A DNA stretch of 64,000 nucleotides from a virus: the IMG/VR virus record IMGVR_UViG_3300029210_000011, one strand, 5' to 3'. The notes under the pieces were generated by a model. The model was not told the origin of the DNA and did not search any database. It saw only the letters and a program-made list of their open reading frames with translations. Of the stretch, positions 29,403-39,497 are shown one piece after another. Numbering within the stretch: the first letter of the stretch is position 1; each line of letters starts with the position of its first letter. Position numbers and translations under genes: made by a program.

Positions 29403-29617
29403 CTTACTATTGTTTGGAGTTGTAATTATAGACAGACAAACGGCTGTCATTTCCCGTGTCGCCAAACAATAGTAAGATTTTCTCCGAAGAGGAAATATTA
29501 CGCAGGAAAGACAGCCGTGTATTTTTTATACAGGCAGTTGGGCATAAAAAAAGCCCAACTAAATATAGTGAGCGATAACCGTGCTCTACGGAGAAAGAAT
29601 ACTTTACTATTGTTTGG
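29403..29617. promoter_or_regulatory. three copies of ACTATTGTTTGG (15-bp inverted pair plus one direct copy): putative operator
   Basis: Seen at ~29403-29417, 29461-29476 (inverted) and 29604-29617; the first copy overlaps the Rha start codon. Confidence 0.4.
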
Positions 29618-29883
29618 TACCACAAAGATATACATAATCCTTGAAGTAGCAAACTCCTTATAAGAAAATCAATTAATTTCGTTTATTTTCTAAGTTATTA
29701 TGCGAATATATAGAAAATAAACCATATATCCAAAAAGGGGAGCGTAGTAATATCCAAATATGCTTTATAACATATAACAAAAAAGGTGAAAAAACTGTAT
29801 ATAATATATTGCTCTCCAATACAAAGTTGTTAACTTTGCCGCACATTAATTAACATATTCAATGCTATTATGAAAAAGTTTTA

Positions 29884-30240
29884 TTGAGTCTAATTGTTGT
29901 TTTTTCTATGAGTTCTTGTGCTTCAATTTTTACACCTGCAAAGCAAACAATTACGTTTTCAGGGATGGAGGGCACTAAAATTTATGATAATGGCAGAAAA
30001 ATTGCAACAATTGACGAAAGCGGTGAAGCAACCGCGCGAATAAGAAAAAAGTTATCCTCGAAAGAATTAATTGCTAAAAAAGAGGGTTATAAATCAACGC
30101 CGTTTTTACTGGAAGCAAGATTTAATCCTATTTCTTGTATAAATCTTTTGAATGTGATTGCATGGGGAATTGATTTAGGAACCCAAAAAGCATGTAAATG
30201 GGATAACACATATATTGAAATTGAGATGGAACAAAAATAA
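29884..30240 (+). CDS. putative lipoprotein (moron)
   Basis: '...VVFSMSSCAS' lipobox. An upstream ATG 'MKKFY' lies in another frame; a single T indel would restore a classic signal peptide. Confidence 0.5.
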   Translation: MSLIVVFSMSSCASIFTPAKQTITFSGMEGTKIYDNGRKIATIDESGEATARIRKKLSSKELIAKKEGYKSTPFLLEARFNPISCINLLNVIAWGIDLGTQKACKWDNTYIEIEMEQK

Positions 30241-30249
30241 TATATAACA

Positions 30250-30810
30250 ATGAAAAAGATTTTATTTATATTAGTTGCCGTTTTAACAACTGCTATGTGC
30301 TTTGCACAAAGTAAGTTTGAACCGCAAATCAAGGTTGTATATGATTTAGGTATTGATGATGACAAAAACCAGTCTTTTGGTGCAGAATTTCTTGCTGGAT
30401 ATAGGTTTAATGAAAGCTTTAGGTTGGGAGTAGGTACGGGTGTATCTTGGTGTAAACATTTGTATGAGAAAGCTGGATTAAACTCGACTATGGATAAGTA
30501 TTATAAGGATTATAAAGAGACCGCATTATACGTTCCATTATTTGTGAATGGAAAGTTTAACTTTATCCGGGAAGGTATATCTCCATATATGTCTCTTGAT
30601 TTAGGATACACATTTTTTATCCCTTGCTCAGACTATGCAGATAAAAATGATTTAGGCTTTATGATTAAGCCTGCGTTTGGTGTTGATTTTCCGGTTATGA
30701 GTGGAAATATTTTTGTAGAACTTGGGTATAAATATCAAAAGAGGGATTGGGCGCTTATCGAAAACGCTGATTATTCGCAATTGTCAATAGCGGTAGGTTA
30801 TTCATTTTAA
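30250..30810 (+). CDS. outer-membrane beta-barrel (OmpA-like/porin family) protein
   Basis: Signal peptide 'MKKILFILVAVLTTAMCFAQ'; alternating amphipathic strands; terminal aromatic 'GYSF'. Confidence 0.6.
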   Translation: MKKILFILVAVLTTAMCFAQSKFEPQIKVVYDLGIDDDKNQSFGAEFLAGYRFNESFRLGVGTGVSWCKHLYEKAGLNSTMDKYYKDYKETALYVPLFVNGKFNFIREGISPYMSLDLGYTFFIPCSDYADKNDLGFMIKPAFGVDFPVMSGNIFVELGYKYQKRDWALIENADYSQLSIAVGYSF

Positions 30811-30853
30811 TATATTCAATGTCCCTAAAGATAATAATTAATTTGATAAGAAA

Positions 30854-31495
30854 ATGAAAAAGATTTTATTTTTACTGGCAATGCTGCCAATGCTTGTTTT
30901 TAGTGCGTGTTCGGATGATGATGAAAAGTTACAGGACCAATCTGTTGTTATTAAAACGGGGGAGATATATACTTTAGATTGTCCAAATGTACAACTCCAA
31001 AATTCTAATGATTTTATTTTCTCTTTATTAGATGGAAATAAAATTAAAGGAGAACATGTTGGAGAATTTGAAACAATGGCAAATTCTAATGGTACATCTT
31101 TTAAACTATCTGTAACAGTAGAACCTTTGCATACTTTATATTTAGATTTAAAGGATTTTCTTGGCATGAGTAGGGAAAATATAGAAAAAGTTTTTGGCAA
31201 ACCATTGTCTACAAATCAACAAGGGACATCAGTTTATAAAGGATTGGGAATAGAGGATAAAATTCAAATAGCTTATGATAATAATAAAGCATATTTAGGA
31301 GCTGTAACATTGAAATCTTCATTTGCTTCAGAGTTGGGAAAACACCTTGCAGACCGGTATGTTTTCTTCTCAGAGCAAGGGGGTCAAATGTTATATATGG
31401 ATGCTTTAAAGTATGAGGATGCGGAATATTTAGCAATGGTTACTGTAGGGCTACGAACTACATCTATAATGTATATAGGAAAAGATGACCTTTAA
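30854..31495 (+). CDS. lipoprotein
   Basis: 'MKKILFLLAMLPMLVFSAC' lipobox. Confidence 0.65.
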   Translation: MKKILFLLAMLPMLVFSACSDDDEKLQDQSVVIKTGEIYTLDCPNVQLQNSNDFIFSLLDGNKIKGEHVGEFETMANSNGTSFKLSVTVEPLHTLYLDLKDFLGMSRENIEKVFGKPLSTNQQGTSVYKGLGIEDKIQIAYDNNKAYLGAVTLKSSFASELGKHLADRYVFFSEQGGQMLYMDALKYEDAEYLAMVTVGLRTTSIMYIGKDDL

Positions 31496-31776
31496 TATTG
31501 TATTGTTCTAAAAAGAAGTTTTATCAATTTACAAAGCCCCGAATCTATTTGGGCGGCAAAGAATATATTAGATATACAGTGAAATCCTTATCGGGTGATG
31601 ACGCCGAACTTACCATGTCAATGGATGGGGAGAGCATGGATATTAAGGCTGAAAAACGATAAGCCAATTTTAAAGCAATCATCAAGTCAAGCGGAGTTTC
31701 TCCGCTTTTCTTGTTTTGTGGCATATGAATTATAATTAATCGGATTTGTTAAAAAGCTGATTTATCGGATATTTAT

Positions 31777-32082
31777 TTGTTTATTTGTTTGTTCTTTCGT
31801 TCGTTCTTTCTATATTTGTGCATTAATATAATACAAATGGGTAATTGGAGTGAAAGGCAAGAAGTTAAGAAAGAGGGCAAGGAAAAAGAGAAAATAAGCC
31901 GAGAGACGCTTGGAAAGTTCTTTTATGATTTGGCAAAAACATCATTTGCTGCAATGGTAGCAGGTGGGGCTGTGTCATTTTTCACAAGTTCAAACAATGA
32001 GTTATATTGGCTTTTGCTTTTGATTGGAGCTTTTTCAACAATAGTATTTGCTTATATTGGTTATAAAGTGATAAGGAGGTAA
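31777..32082 (+). CDS. small membrane protein
   Basis: Likely start at the internal 'MGNWSERQ'; C-terminal TM segments. A further 34-aa hydrophobic ORF follows at ~32086..32190. Confidence 0.4.
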   Translation: MFICLFFRSFFLYLCINIIQMGNWSERQEVKKEGKEKEKISRETLGKFFYDLAKTSFAAMVAGGAVSFFTSSNNELYWLLLLIGAFSTIVFAYIGYKVIRR

Positions 32083-32226
32083 TTATGGAAGGTCTATTAA
32101 TCGTTTTAGGAGGTTCTGGGGCTTTAGCCCTTTTATTTGCTCTTTGGCTGAATACTCGAAAAGGCAAGAAGTGGCTTGCAAGCTTATAAATTGACTATTA
32201 TTTAGGTAAAACAATAAAGCCAGACA

Positions 32227-32733
32227 TTAAGCCTGGCTTTTTCTTTGCATGACATCCCCATCGGTTTCCACAATACAATCTTCTCCATGAATGTAAACAT
32301 ATACCGATGCTGTATCCTTTTGGATAACATTTACTTTTGCCCGGTCGTACACGTTAATGAATACCTTGCAATACTGTGAACAGTCAATGGTTACTTCGCT
32401 GTCATGGCGCACGTAAATATCACATACAGAAAAGCCATCAAATAGGAGAGTACCTTTACAATTTCCGTTCAGAACGGCTATGTGCTTCATGTTCCTTGCT
32501 TGCACATCCTCATCGACAAAGATATTGTTTCTGTGAAGGATGTCCTTGTCGAAGTGCTCCTTTATGAAAGTGTTGGTAGGGTATCCTTTCTTTATACAGA
32601 AATCAATCCCGTGCAAATACTTGTCAATCAATCCTTGTTGGTCAGGTTCTCCCCATTGTTCCGTCCATTGCGTACATAGCCCTAATGATACGGCTTGGTT
32701 GAGCAATGTTTTGCTTAAATCCTTTTCGTTCAT
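32227..32733 (-). CDS. tail protein downstream of the tape measure gene (function unknown)
   Basis: 168 aa. Confidence 0.5.
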   Translation of the reverse strand: MNEKDLSKTLLNQAVSLGLCTQWTEQWGEPDQQGLIDKYLHGIDFCIKKGYPTNTFIKEHFDKDILHRNNIFVDEDVQARNMKHIAVLNGNCKGTLLFDGFSVCDIYVRHDSEVTIDCSQYCKVFINVYDRAKVNVIQKDTASVYVYIHGEDCIVETDGDVMQRKSQA

Positions 32734-32739
32734 AACATA

Positions 32740-35700
32740 TTATATTTTGATTTTTCTACCACTTCTGTCTATTACTATACTTAGCATATCTCTAACTTCT
32801 TGTACTAAAGCAACGTTTGCTTCGGTATTTTGGGCACTTCTTAACGTATTATTGGCTATCGCCCTCAATTGAGTAAGTTGTTGTTCGGCTATAACATTAT
32901 ATTTCGGAAGAATCTCGTTTCCCCACTTTTCAAGCAAAGCGCGTTTTACACTTACATCTGCACGAATACCGTTTATGTAAGAAGCTAAAATATTGGCGGT
33001 TTCTTCTGTAATGTTTTCTTGTATCCCTTTGGAAAGAGTGTTTGAAGCGCTTGTCTCTTCAAGGCTTATTCCCATTTTTTTTGCAGCAGCATTTAGATAA
33101 TCCCATATTTTCTTTGAGTCTGATATTGTCCCTCGAAGGTTTCCAAGTTGCTGCATTAGTCCGGTAGCCTCTTGTTCCGTCAGATTTGTACCCCCAGCGG
33201 AACTGTCTGTAAATATACCTTTATCTCCAAACAGATAATCTCTTAGCTTATTCATGGCAGGTTTTATGACATTCAGAGAAATCATCTCCTTTATGACATT
33301 GCGCATTATATCAGCCACCGTATCATCAAAAGCCTTTGCTGCATCTTCTCCGTTGGCGAACGCATTGACTAACGCTTCTGATATTTGGTCTGACCATCCC
33401 TTTAAGTCTATACCGAATTGTTCGCTTGCCAAATCTTCATAGAAATACTTGATTTGCTCGCCTAACTCGATATACTGCTGCTTGTAGTCCTCTATTTTAG
33501 AAGCATCCGAATCTTTCTTGTCTTGTTCCGCCTTCATTTGCTTTTGCACCTCTTCTTGTTGCTTTTGAAGATTTGCAATCATCTCTTTGGATTGACTTTG
33601 GGTAACAGCACCCAATTGCCGTTCTATGACAGATTGAAGATTCTTATAGTCATTGGAAAGCTTTTTCACTTCCAGTTGCGAACGTTGGATTGCTTTATCC
33701 AGCTTCTTATCATGGGCTTTGGCTATGCTTCCTATTATTCCGGTAATACCGCTGACTACACCCGTAGCCCCTTGCATGATAGCCATCGGATTGCCGGAAG
33801 ATATACCAGCGAAAAGGGTAGCTCCGCTTTGAGCTGTATTCAATAATCCACCCGCAACTTCTTGTACAGTGCTTAGAGTGTCTCCCATACTGTCATTCCC
33901 TAAGGCATCAAATGCTGACCCTAAATCTCCCAAAGTGCCGATAAGAAGATTAGCCATGTCGACAATATCTCCAAAGCCTACTTGAACTTTATCGGAAGCC
34001 TCATTTTGTTCATCCTGCGCATCAGTGACTTCTTTTTCCGCATCTGCCAACGTTTTTAATTTTGGAGTTAATTTATCGACGACTTTAGTCTGATAAGATA
34101 AGCCGCCATCCGTTTTCTTGGTTTCTGTATGGCTCGTTTCAGAAACGCCAGTAGTTACCTTGCCCCCATCCTGGATAAACCCAAGTTCTTTTTGAGCCTT
34201 TTTCAGCTTTTTGGTAGCTTCTACATACTCTTTTATTCCGTCTGATAATGTCTTGAAAGGGTTTCTGCTTTCACTTTCGTCACGTAGCTTTTTTAAAACA
34301 TTGACAAGCTCTTTGAACTCGTTTACTTTTAAGCTTTGTCCGGTCGTGTTTTTAAACTCTTCCAGGTTCTTGATTAGCCTATCAAGAGTTGCAGAAGAAA
34401 GTCTGTCAAGGTCGTCAAAGGTCTTAGCCCAGTCTTCCGAACTCTTGAATTGTTCAAATTTGGTTGATGCAGCATCTTCGCTCGCTTTCTTTTTCCTTTG
34501 TGCTATAAGCCTGTCGGTCGCTTCTTCGCCTAATTGACCTCTTTGGCTTTCAATATCGGCCAAGTCCTTTTGAAGATTGCGCTCAATATCCTTTATTTTT
34601 TGGGCATAATCTTTATAATCCTCTATCATGCCTAAAAGGTTTTCGAGGCTTTCTGAACGCATTTTCTTACTTTCCTCGTTGATTGATTGGTATAGTTTCA
34701 GAATTACTCCTTCCCCAAACTGCTTCTTTACATCATCCTCTTTCATGGCAAGGACATCTGTAACGGAGAATTTACTTCCCGTATTTTCAAGCGCTTTGGA
34801 AAGTTGGTTGCGCAAATCATCTACTACACTTTTGAATGAAACCTCCCCACCGAAAGCAATATTCATGGAAAGAGATTTGTTTCCGGAAGCATTAAACAGC
34901 TTCTTGTATAAATCCCACTTTTCTCCGGTTTGGGAAACGTACTTTTCTATCTCCTTTAAGGCATTATCAACTTCCTTCTTCGCATTGTCAATTCCCGCCT
35001 TGTCAATCTTGACGCCAAGAGAAATGTATAAATCTTCTTGCTTCTCTTTACTGCGGTCTAACTGTCCTTGAATGTATTTGTAAGCTTTGCTTGGGTTGTT
35101 CAAATCTAAATTAACACCCTTCTCATCAAAAACAGATGAAAACTCGGATATGCCTTTTACTCTTTGGGTAGCCGCTTCATCTCCTTCTATCTTTCTCCAT
35201 TTCTCATAGCTGGAAACGGCTTTGTCTATGAGGTCGGTACGGGCTTTCCATTGTTCAGCGATAGGGTCTTTCGTGCTTTGGGTCTCTTTGGTTACACGCC
35301 CGAATGTTTTCAATATTTCATCTGTGGCATTCTTTAACAGCTTGGCTTTGTCTATACTTTTACGAGTTTCTTCATTCCATTCACCCTCTTTTTTAGTCCA
35401 TTCGCTAAGAGTAGAGGACGCATCCTCATTAGCACCGATTATACTTTCTATGTATTTTTGCAGACCACCTTCTGCATCAGGCTTTAGCCTTTCTATACCG
35501 AATTTTTCATACAATTCGGTCGCTTTCTTGAACCAAGCAGAGTTTTTGTCATCTTTCTTTATCTTGTAGGTTGAATAATTTTCTAATGCGTCATTCAACG
35601 TCTTTTGAGCTTGCGATAAAACCTCTTCTTGTTTTTTTATGTCTTCATCTAAGGACTCTATGACATTCTCATACCCGTCCAGTGATTGATAATATTCTCT

Positions 35701-37410
35701 GCGAGATTTCAATCTGTTAAGTTCTCTTTGAGCTTCATTTCTATTATTGGTCGCACCGATTACAAGTCCTGCGCTTTTTACTTTTTCTCTTTCTTTCGAG
35801 GCGGATATTACTTTTTGGATAGCTTGATACTCTCCTTCTAAAAGGAATTGTTCAAATTTCATATTCTCAAAGAGAGAGGGATATATTTTTTGAAGGTTTA
35901 GATATGCCCTTCTTTGAGCGTCAATCCCGTTTGTTTTATCGAATATTCGAGAGATATATCCTTTAGCCTTACTTTCCTCTTCTTTAATCTTTTCTATGTT
36001 TTTCGAGAACTCAATGTTTAGCTTTTTTGTTTTTTCAGCAACCGTTTCAACTTTTTCTTGGAATACTGTCAATGTTGTAACTATAGCGCCTAATGTGGTT
36101 ATCCAAAATACCCACGGATTGACTTTCATTGCCGAGTTAAGTGCCCATTGTGCTACTGCGGCTGCTTTGGTGACTTTGACTCCTTTGTTTAACCATGTAT
36201 AATACGCTTGCATTTGACTGATTGCAAAAGAAGACTTTTGTGCTATATTTACAGCTATCACAGCCGTTTTATAAGATCCATAAATTCCAACAAGTATACC
36301 AAGTATATCTGTGACAGCCTCCCAATGTTTCATTAAATCAGTGAGCAGCTCTAAGCTATCTGAAAGTACACCGCTATTGCCTTCCGCAATGTCAGCCATC
36401 ATAACATCCCAAGCGTCCTGCAAGTTGCTCCATTTGCCAGCAAGGCTTTCCGCAAGGGCTTCCTGCATGTTGTAGAATTTGCCGCCTTCATCGGTCAGCT
36501 CCCAAAGGACATCCTTCACCATGCCGAAGCTGACCTCTTTCCGGCTGATTTTATCGAATACGTCTCCGGCGGAAGTTACCACTCCCGTAAGCTTAGTAAA
36601 CCGTTTCGCCAACTCGTCCACCAACGGAATACCAGCCTCGGTAAACTGCCTCAATTCCTGCCCACGGAGAAAAGCTGCACTGCGCACCTGCCCGTACGCC
36701 AATATGATACGTCCCATATCGACACCCACACCTGCGGAAATGTCGGCAAGTCGTTTGGTCGTATCGTAAAGCTCTTCATACGGAATGCTGTATGCGGACA
36801 ATTGTTTGGTGTATGAAGCCAGTTCTTTGAACTGAAACGGAGAGACAACCGCCAAATCCTTAATGCGATTGAATATGGTTTCCGCCTTCATACTGTCTCC
36901 AAGAATGGAGGTAAGGGCAATGCGTTGTTTCTGAAACTCTCCGCCAATGGTATATAATCCCCTTGCAAAACGCTCTAAAGTGTATATGGAATACACATTG
37001 GCGATTTGATTTTTCAGTTTCCCAGCTATCCGTGATTGAGAAGACATTGTAGTGTTTGTCCTCTTCATTGCCGCGTTGTGTGTATCGGAAGCCTTTGCAG
37101 CCTGCATTCGGGCAATCCTAAGCTGTTCAAGGGCTTTTTGTGAGTTAACGTAAGCATCAACGCCATGTCCTTTAAAAGCCTCCTTGAGTTTTTTAATACT
37201 TTCGCTATCTACATCCAGCTTTACCTTGTAGGTCTTGTTTTTCAACAAGGCTTCTACCTTGTCTTCAATCTCCTTTATATCTACTTTTAATCCAACCTTT
37301 GCACTGGTCGTGACGTGCATATTCACAAGTTTTTTCTTGATAGCTTCGTACTCTTGTTCTGTATAATCTTTCAAGTGAACGCCAAAATTCAAATTTCCGA
37401 GGTCTGCCAT
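32740..37410 (-). CDS. tail tape measure protein
   Basis: 1556 aa, extensive coiled coil, Gly-rich hydrophobic central segment, position after the chaperone pair. Confidence 0.9.
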   Translation of the reverse strand: MADLGNLNFGVHLKDYTEQEYEAIKKKLVNMHVTTSAKVGLKVDIKEIEDKVEALLKNKTYKVKLDVDSESIKKLKEAFKGHGVDAYVNSQKALEQLRIARMQAAKASDTHNAAMKRTNTTMSSQSRIAGKLKNQIANVYSIYTLERFARGLYTIGGEFQKQRIALTSILGDSMKAETIFNRIKDLAVVSPFQFKELASYTKQLSAYSIPYEELYDTTKRLADISAGVGVDMGRIILAYGQVRSAAFLRGQELRQFTEAGIPLVDELAKRFTKLTGVVTSAGDVFDKISRKEVSFGMVKDVLWELTDEGGKFYNMQEALAESLAGKWSNLQDAWDVMMADIAEGNSGVLSDSLELLTDLMKHWEAVTDILGILVGIYGSYKTAVIAVNIAQKSSFAISQMQAYYTWLNKGVKVTKAAAVAQWALNSAMKVNPWVFWITTLGAIVTTLTVFQEKVETVAEKTKKLNIEFSKNIEKIKEEESKAKGYISRIFDKTNGIDAQRRAYLNLQKIYPSLFENMKFEQFLLEGEYQAIQKVISASKEREKVKSAGLVIGATNNRNEAQRELNRLKSRREYYQSLDGYENVIESLDEDIKKQEEVLSQAQKTLNDALENYSTYKIKKDDKNSAWFKKATELYEKFGIERLKPDAEGGLQKYIESIIGANEDASSTLSEWTKKEGEWNEETRKSIDKAKLLKNATDEILKTFGRVTKETQSTKDPIAEQWKARTDLIDKAVSSYEKWRKIEGDEAATQRVKGISEFSSVFDEKGVNLDLNNPSKAYKYIQGQLDRSKEKQEDLYISLGVKIDKAGIDNAKKEVDNALKEIEKYVSQTGEKWDLYKKLFNASGNKSLSMNIAFGGEVSFKSVVDDLRNQLSKALENTGSKFSVTDVLAMKEDDVKKQFGEGVILKLYQSINEESKKMRSESLENLLGMIEDYKDYAQKIKDIERNLQKDLADIESQRGQLGEEATDRLIAQRKKKASEDAASTKFEQFKSSEDWAKTFDDLDRLSSATLDRLIKNLEEFKNTTGQSLKVNEFKELVNVLKKLRDESESRNPFKTLSDGIKEYVEATKKLKKAQKELGFIQDGGKVTTGVSETSHTETKKTDGGLSYQTKVVDKLTPKLKTLADAEKEVTDAQDEQNEASDKVQVGFGDIVDMANLLIGTLGDLGSAFDALGNDSMGDTLSTVQEVAGGLLNTAQSGATLFAGISSGNPMAIMQGATGVVSGITGIIGSIAKAHDKKLDKAIQRSQLEVKKLSNDYKNLQSVIERQLGAVTQSQSKEMIANLQKQQEEVQKQMKAEQDKKDSDASKIEDYKQQYIELGEQIKYFYEDLASEQFGIDLKGWSDQISEALVNAFANGEDAAKAFDDTVADIMRNVIKEMISLNVIKPAMNKLRDYLFGDKGIFTDSSAGGTNLTEQEATGLMQQLGNLRGTISDSKKIWDYLNAAAKKMGISLEETSASNTLSKGIQENITEETANILASYINGIRADVSVKRALLEKWGNEILPKYNVIAEQQLTQLRAIANNTLRSAQNTEANVALVQEVRDMLSIVIDRSGRKIKI

Positions 37411-37412
37411 AT

Positions 37413-37673
37413 TTATTCTTGTTTTGTATCTTGGGGGATAGCGTTAATACCGTTTACTATAAAATCATTGAGGGAAAGTCTTTGCCCTTTCATTTCCCGC
37501 TCTTTTCTCTTTTCTTCCCACTTCCTTTTTAAATCTTCCATTTCTTTCGCTGTGTGCGTTTTTTGTTCTGTGTCTGCTTTGTCATACACTACAATCGGAG
37601 CATCGCACATCAGAAGTTCGTATTGAGCACAGGTCAATACCCAGTCCATATACCAATTAGGGATATTAATCAT
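37413..37673 (-). CDS. tail assembly chaperone (T-like ORF)
   Basis: 86-aa ORF between the G-like ORF and the TMP. Confidence 0.4.
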   Translation of the reverse strand: MINIPNWYMDWVLTCAQYELLMCDAPIVVYDKADTEQKTHTAKEMEDLKRKWEEKRKEREMKGQRLSLNDFIVNGINAIPQDTKQE

Positions 37674-37699
37674 TCCCCAAAGAAGAATTAACGGTCGTG

Positions 37700-38176
37700 T
37701 CAGCTCTGGGTGTTTTTCTCCGTTTGCAAATGCTGCTCCTGCCGAAGTTCTTGAAGGATACGTTCTGCTTCCTTTCTCGTCATCGTCATTATCGTGTCTC
37801 TCATTCCGGTCAAGAACATGGTAGCATTCAAGTATTCCAGTTTCTGCAATTCCACTTTTTTTTTACCGATAACAACAATATCGGTTAACTCTGTGTCTGT
37901 GTATTTTTTCCATAGCATACGCCAGTATATCCAATGGAAAAGTCTTATCTTCCACCAATTATTCAGAATAATGAGAGAGGCACACTTGGCAGTAACTTCA
38001 TCCTCACTTTTGCAGGAATGTAAGACATGGGTTAATTTTCGTATTGTTCCACGGTGCAGCCATTTTATACCGAACTTTTTTCCTCTTATCGTAATATAAT
38101 CTATGCTGTTCTCCAGTACATCGTCAAGCGTTTTCTGCTCTGCTGTGGTAGGTTGGTTTATTGTTTTATCGTTCAT
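37700..38176 (-). CDS. tail assembly chaperone (G-like)
   Basis: 158 aa immediately downstream of the major tail protein. Confidence 0.5.
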   Translation of the reverse strand: MNDKTINQPTTAEQKTLDDVLENSIDYITIRGKKFGIKWLHRGTIRKLTHVLHSCKSEDEVTAKCASLIILNNWWKIRLFHWIYWRMLWKKYTDTELTDIVVIGKKKVELQKLEYLNATMFLTGMRDTIMTMTRKEAERILQELRQEQHLQTEKNTQS

Positions 38177-38490
38177 GCTGTGTTATTGTGATGTGTGAAA
38201 AAGGAGAAGGCGGCGGCAATAACGCACACCGCCATATTTTTAAATCAAAGAACCGTCCTGGGTAACTTCCACCGCACTGAACTCATTGGCGGTGAATACG
38301 CTGACTGTAGCAGTTCTTTTTGCTCCGCTATTCTCGTCGACTTTGACCGTCACCACTTTCCCGCTAACCGAGGTTTTGCACCATGTTTCCGTTGATGAAG
38401 CAGAGACAGAGCTTTCCTTGGTTGTTGCGGTAATGGTTTTCCCTGTATTATCTGCCGCGCTGGTAAAAGACAGGGAAGCTGGAGCTACGG

Positions 38491-39060
38491 TCAGTCGGCT
38501 TTTTTTGTCAAGAAAGCGATATTATCTTCGGAAGAGGAGTCGGACGAAGCGCCATCTTCAAGTTCAATAGTTCCGCTGAGCGCAAAAGCAAATGGGGTAG
38601 TGGACGCATTCTCAAACAAGGGGCGTGCGTAAACGGCCATTCTTTTTACAAGCAGACATTTTTCTCCGTCGTCACTTATAAGCGCAAATCCTACGTTCAG
38701 TTTCTTGCTGTTTAGCACAGTAGAGAATCCCTTGAATTGCTGGTTGTTGATAGTCGCTTGCGCTATTTCAGTGGTTTTCCCAAGAAAATATTCTACCAAT
38801 TCCTTGCTTACACTTGGAACGGTAGCAGCGAAAGTAATATCTCCTGCTGTACAGGTAACAGCCCAATCCGCTTGCAGACCGTGTACCTTTGTACGGTTTA
38901 ATGTCGGTTCTGCTTGGGACAAGGAAAGGGTATCTACAGTAACGGGCAAATCAAAATCCGGAGTTACCGTAGCAAAATTTGCAATGCCACCCTTTACTAA
39001 CATAATGGATGAAAGACCGCTAAATACATCTTTCAATTCCTGCTTTGTTTTCATTGCCAT
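38491..39060 (-). CDS. major tail (tube) protein
   Basis: 189 aa, beta-rich, placed upstream of the chaperones and TMP. Confidence 0.6.
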   Translation of the reverse strand: MAMKTKQELKDVFSGLSSIMLVKGGIANFATVTPDFDLPVTVDTLSLSQAEPTLNRTKVHGLQADWAVTCTAGDITFAATVPSVSKELVEYFLGKTTEIAQATINNQQFKGFSTVLNSKKLNVGFALISDDGEKCLLVKRMAVYARPLFENASTTPFAFALSGTIELEDGASSDSSSEDNIAFLTKKAD

Positions 39061-39091
39061 AATAAATAGTTTTAATCGTTTTATTTTATGT

Positions 39092-39496
39092 TTACTTTAT
39101 CACAAGGTCAGCCCTTATCAATGTTGCGCTGAACCCTAATCCGTCATTTCCTTTCAAGGTCAATTTGGGGTTTGAGGCACTTATGAAATTGTCGCTGATG
39201 GGGAATAGGGAAAGAAAATCTCCTACAATAGTGTCCATTTGTTCCAAATCTTCCGCACCTCCCTTTTTCTGTCTGACATACACTTCAATGGTGCAATAGG
39301 TACGGATATTTCCAAATCCGCTGCCATAGGTCATGGAAGACAACAAGCCGGGCAATGACACCACAATGAAATTATCCATTTGCTTAGGCACAGCAGCGGG
39401 ACGGTCATTTGTGAACACATTCTCACTTACTGTCTTTGCTGCGTCAAACAATGATTTAAGCGCGTCTTTGTATTTAAAATCCTGTTCGTACCCCAT
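39092..39496 (-). CDS. tail completion/terminator-like protein
   Basis: Position in the head-tail joining block. Confidence 0.4.
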   Translation of the reverse strand: MGYEQDFKYKDALKSLFDAAKTVSENVFTNDRPAAVPKQMDNFIVVSLPGLLSSMTYGSGFGNIRTYCTIEVYVRQKKGGAEDLEQMDTIVGDFLSLFPISDNFISASNPKLTLKGNDGLGFSATLIRADLVIK

Positions 39497-39497
39497 A

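Noticed and set aside
33254-37626. Multiple plus-strand ORFs (33254..33442, 33523..33846, 34211..34537, 34628..35071, 35222..35569, 36479..36769, 37315..37626) inside the tape measure gene. The same applies to plus-strand ORFs 23091..26849 inside the giant tail gene and minus-strand ORFs inside dnaB, terL and the portal gene.
   Set aside because: These are shadow ORFs on the strand opposite long, well-supported genes. Their Ser/Leu/Phe-rich low-complexity translations are typical antisense artefacts.
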